Shown piece after piece: positions 62,198 to 64,000 of a DNA stretch of 64,000 bases. Position numbers and translations under genes: made by a program. How positions within the stretch are numbered: position 1 is the stretch's first letter; every line of letters starts with the position of its first letter. The notes beneath the pieces are model-generated. The model made no database searches and was not told where the DNA came from. It saw only the letters and a list, made by a program, of their open reading frames with translations. Source of the stretch: Chrysemys picta bellii (Eukaryota); contig NC_088807.1 of NCBI RefSeq assembly GCF_011386835.1, positions 3,472,001 through 3,536,000 on the forward strand. Direction: 5' to 3'.

Positions 62198-62522
62198 GTG
62201 GTACGAGCCCATGGAGGAGTCCGAGGTGAGCACCGTCGACAGCTGCCCAGTGCCGCTCCCGTCTTACGAGGAGGCCGTCTATGGCTCCCAGGGGTGCCCC
62301 GTGCCGCCCGCTCCCCCCACGCCGACGCCCCTCATCCTCTCCAGGGGCCTGGCCCCCCCATCGGAAACAGCCGAGCCCTGTTGGAGTCCGGAGGCCGCCA
62401 CCCCGCCCCCTTCCTACCAGGAGAGCCAAGCGGCAGCTGCGGGCGGCTCCGGCCTGGCCCGGCCCACGGTGCCCCCTGCCTGGTTCCTGTTCCCCGGGGC
62501 TGCAAAGGACCCGCGCAGGTAG
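62198..62522 (+). CDS. SUSD6-like gene, final coding exon (cytoplasmic tail with LPSY and PPSY)
   Basis: (R)WYEPMEESEVSTVDSCPVPLPSYEEAVYGSQGCPVPPA...TPPPSYQES...KDPRR*; acceptor tgagcag|g in phase 2. The four coding exons total 795 nt = 264 aa plus stop. Confidence 0.88.
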
Positions 62523-64000
62523 CCGGGGGACTGGGGGTCCCCGGCAGGGCCCCGACACTACAGCAGAGACGCCTCATTTGAAGCACATGCAGCCTGCTCC
62601 ATCTTTTAACTTGCTGGGTGGGGGGGGAGAGGACCATTCCCCCCCTCCCCAGTTACTCAGCATCTCGTGAAGCTGATGGGACCGAAGCAGCCCCCCTCGG
62701 AGGGGCGTGTGCAGCCTTCCGCCTGGATGGGGGCCCCCGGGGCTGAGGGACCGGCCTTCTGCCCCCCCCCAAGCTAACGGCTCTGTCTCCGAGGGGCCGA
62801 CCTTTGCCAGCCGGCTGGTAGCCGCCGGCTCAGCGTGTCCTGACCTCTCTGCACTGCCGCCCCGTGGGATCCCACTTTTCCCTGCCCCCCCCCCCCCCCC
62901 CCCCACCGGGGTGTCAGTTCCCAGCAGAGCCGTCAAGGGTTAACTCAGGGAACGGCTGCCACCTCCCTCCAGCTGTGAGGATGGGGGGGGGGGGGCAGAT
63001 TTCTCCCCCCCCCCCCCCCCCCCCCGGGTTCCTAATGCTCTGGTGGACATCCCCTGGGCTTCTTCCATTCTTGGGGGGGCCTCCTCTGTGGTCAGCAACC
63101 TCCCCCCACCCCCCAAAAAGAGACCCTGCTCCCCCCAGCTTTCCTGTGCTCCCCTCACCCCCCCCCGCCACCGTCCGTGGGTCCCTGCTGCCCCCTGCTG
63201 GAAGGAAGGAGCCCTGCCCTGTGTGTGTGTCTGGGTCCCCATCCATGACCTTACTGGAGGGGGTGAGCCCTGCCCCCCCTCCCATGTCCGTCTGTCCAGC
63301 TCCATGCACTTTGTGTGTGTGTGTGTGTGTGGGGGGGGGGGATTAAAACAACCCAGGCTGCTGTATCCCTGGGCCATACTGATGCCCACCCAGGTCGCAG
63401 GTGCTGCTCCATGGCACCGGGGCTGGCAGGCAGGGGCAGTTGCACCCACATCCCAGCTGGGGGTGCCGTAGCTGCACCCTGCCTCCCTAGCGCTCCCCTG
63501 GGCGGGTGGCTCTTGTCTCCTTCCCCCTCCCTGTCCCTGCCCTTCCCACCCCCATCACCCGCGCTCCCTGGCTTGGCTACAGGGGGGTGAGCTGGCACCC
63601 CTGGTGGGGGGAGCAGAGGGTGGGGGGAAGCGGCTGCAGGTTTGAATCCCGGCTGCCCCCAGGCCCATCCCGCACAACAACCGCTGGGTCCTTGGCGGGT
63701 GCTGGGCAGGGGTGAATCTTGGGCTATTCCTCGACGGGGGGCCTGGCTTCCTGTCTCCGCCCCCCCCCCCCGCCCTCCTCTCCCCCTCGTCACATGTCAC
63801 AAGGGGGCTTGTGGCTGCAAGTGTCCAGTGGCCCAGGGGCCAGGTAACCCCACGAAGCTCCTGTTAAAGCCGGGTCAGGTGCTAGGGCTGACGTGCCAAC
63901 ACATGGGCACAAACACACGCGCGCGCCTGCCCGCCACGGGGCTGGTTTTGCACAAGCTTGATTGTTCTAGGTTGGTATTTAATGACTCTGGGTTTGTTTT

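Overview
Vertebrate genomic DNA, GC-rich and repeat-dense. It is very probably from a turtle, because it carries four copies of the tortoise polIII/Cry-type tRNA-derived SINE. Two plus-strand genes can be reconstructed by hand. (1) PAK4: eight coding exons from 16943 to 44120, all GT-AG and phase-consistent, 2052 nt encoding 683 aa, with a 3'UTR of about 3.5 kb. Its promoter and non-coding first exon were not identified in the window. (2) About 8 kb beyond the inferred PAK4 3' end lies a CpG-island-driven gene: a non-coding exon ending at 56018 and four coding exons from 57752 to 62522, encoding 264 aa. The product has a signal peptide, one 6-Cys sushi domain, a TM helix and a tail with LPSY and PPSY motifs. 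It is a divergent SUSD6/SUSD4-family member at a position where human has no such gene, and it is the most interesting object in the window. The rest is intronic or intergenic: hAT and Tc1/mariner MITEs with TIRs (hATs with 8-bp TSDs), CR1 3' fragments, a truncated Penelope-like element with a mutated hammerhead ribozyme, a Penelope-derived 69-bp-arm palindrome, LF-SINE and MIR-like relics, and several minisatellites. No CRISPR array, rRNA or true tRNA gene was seen. All family assignments come from motif recognition and memory, not from database searches.
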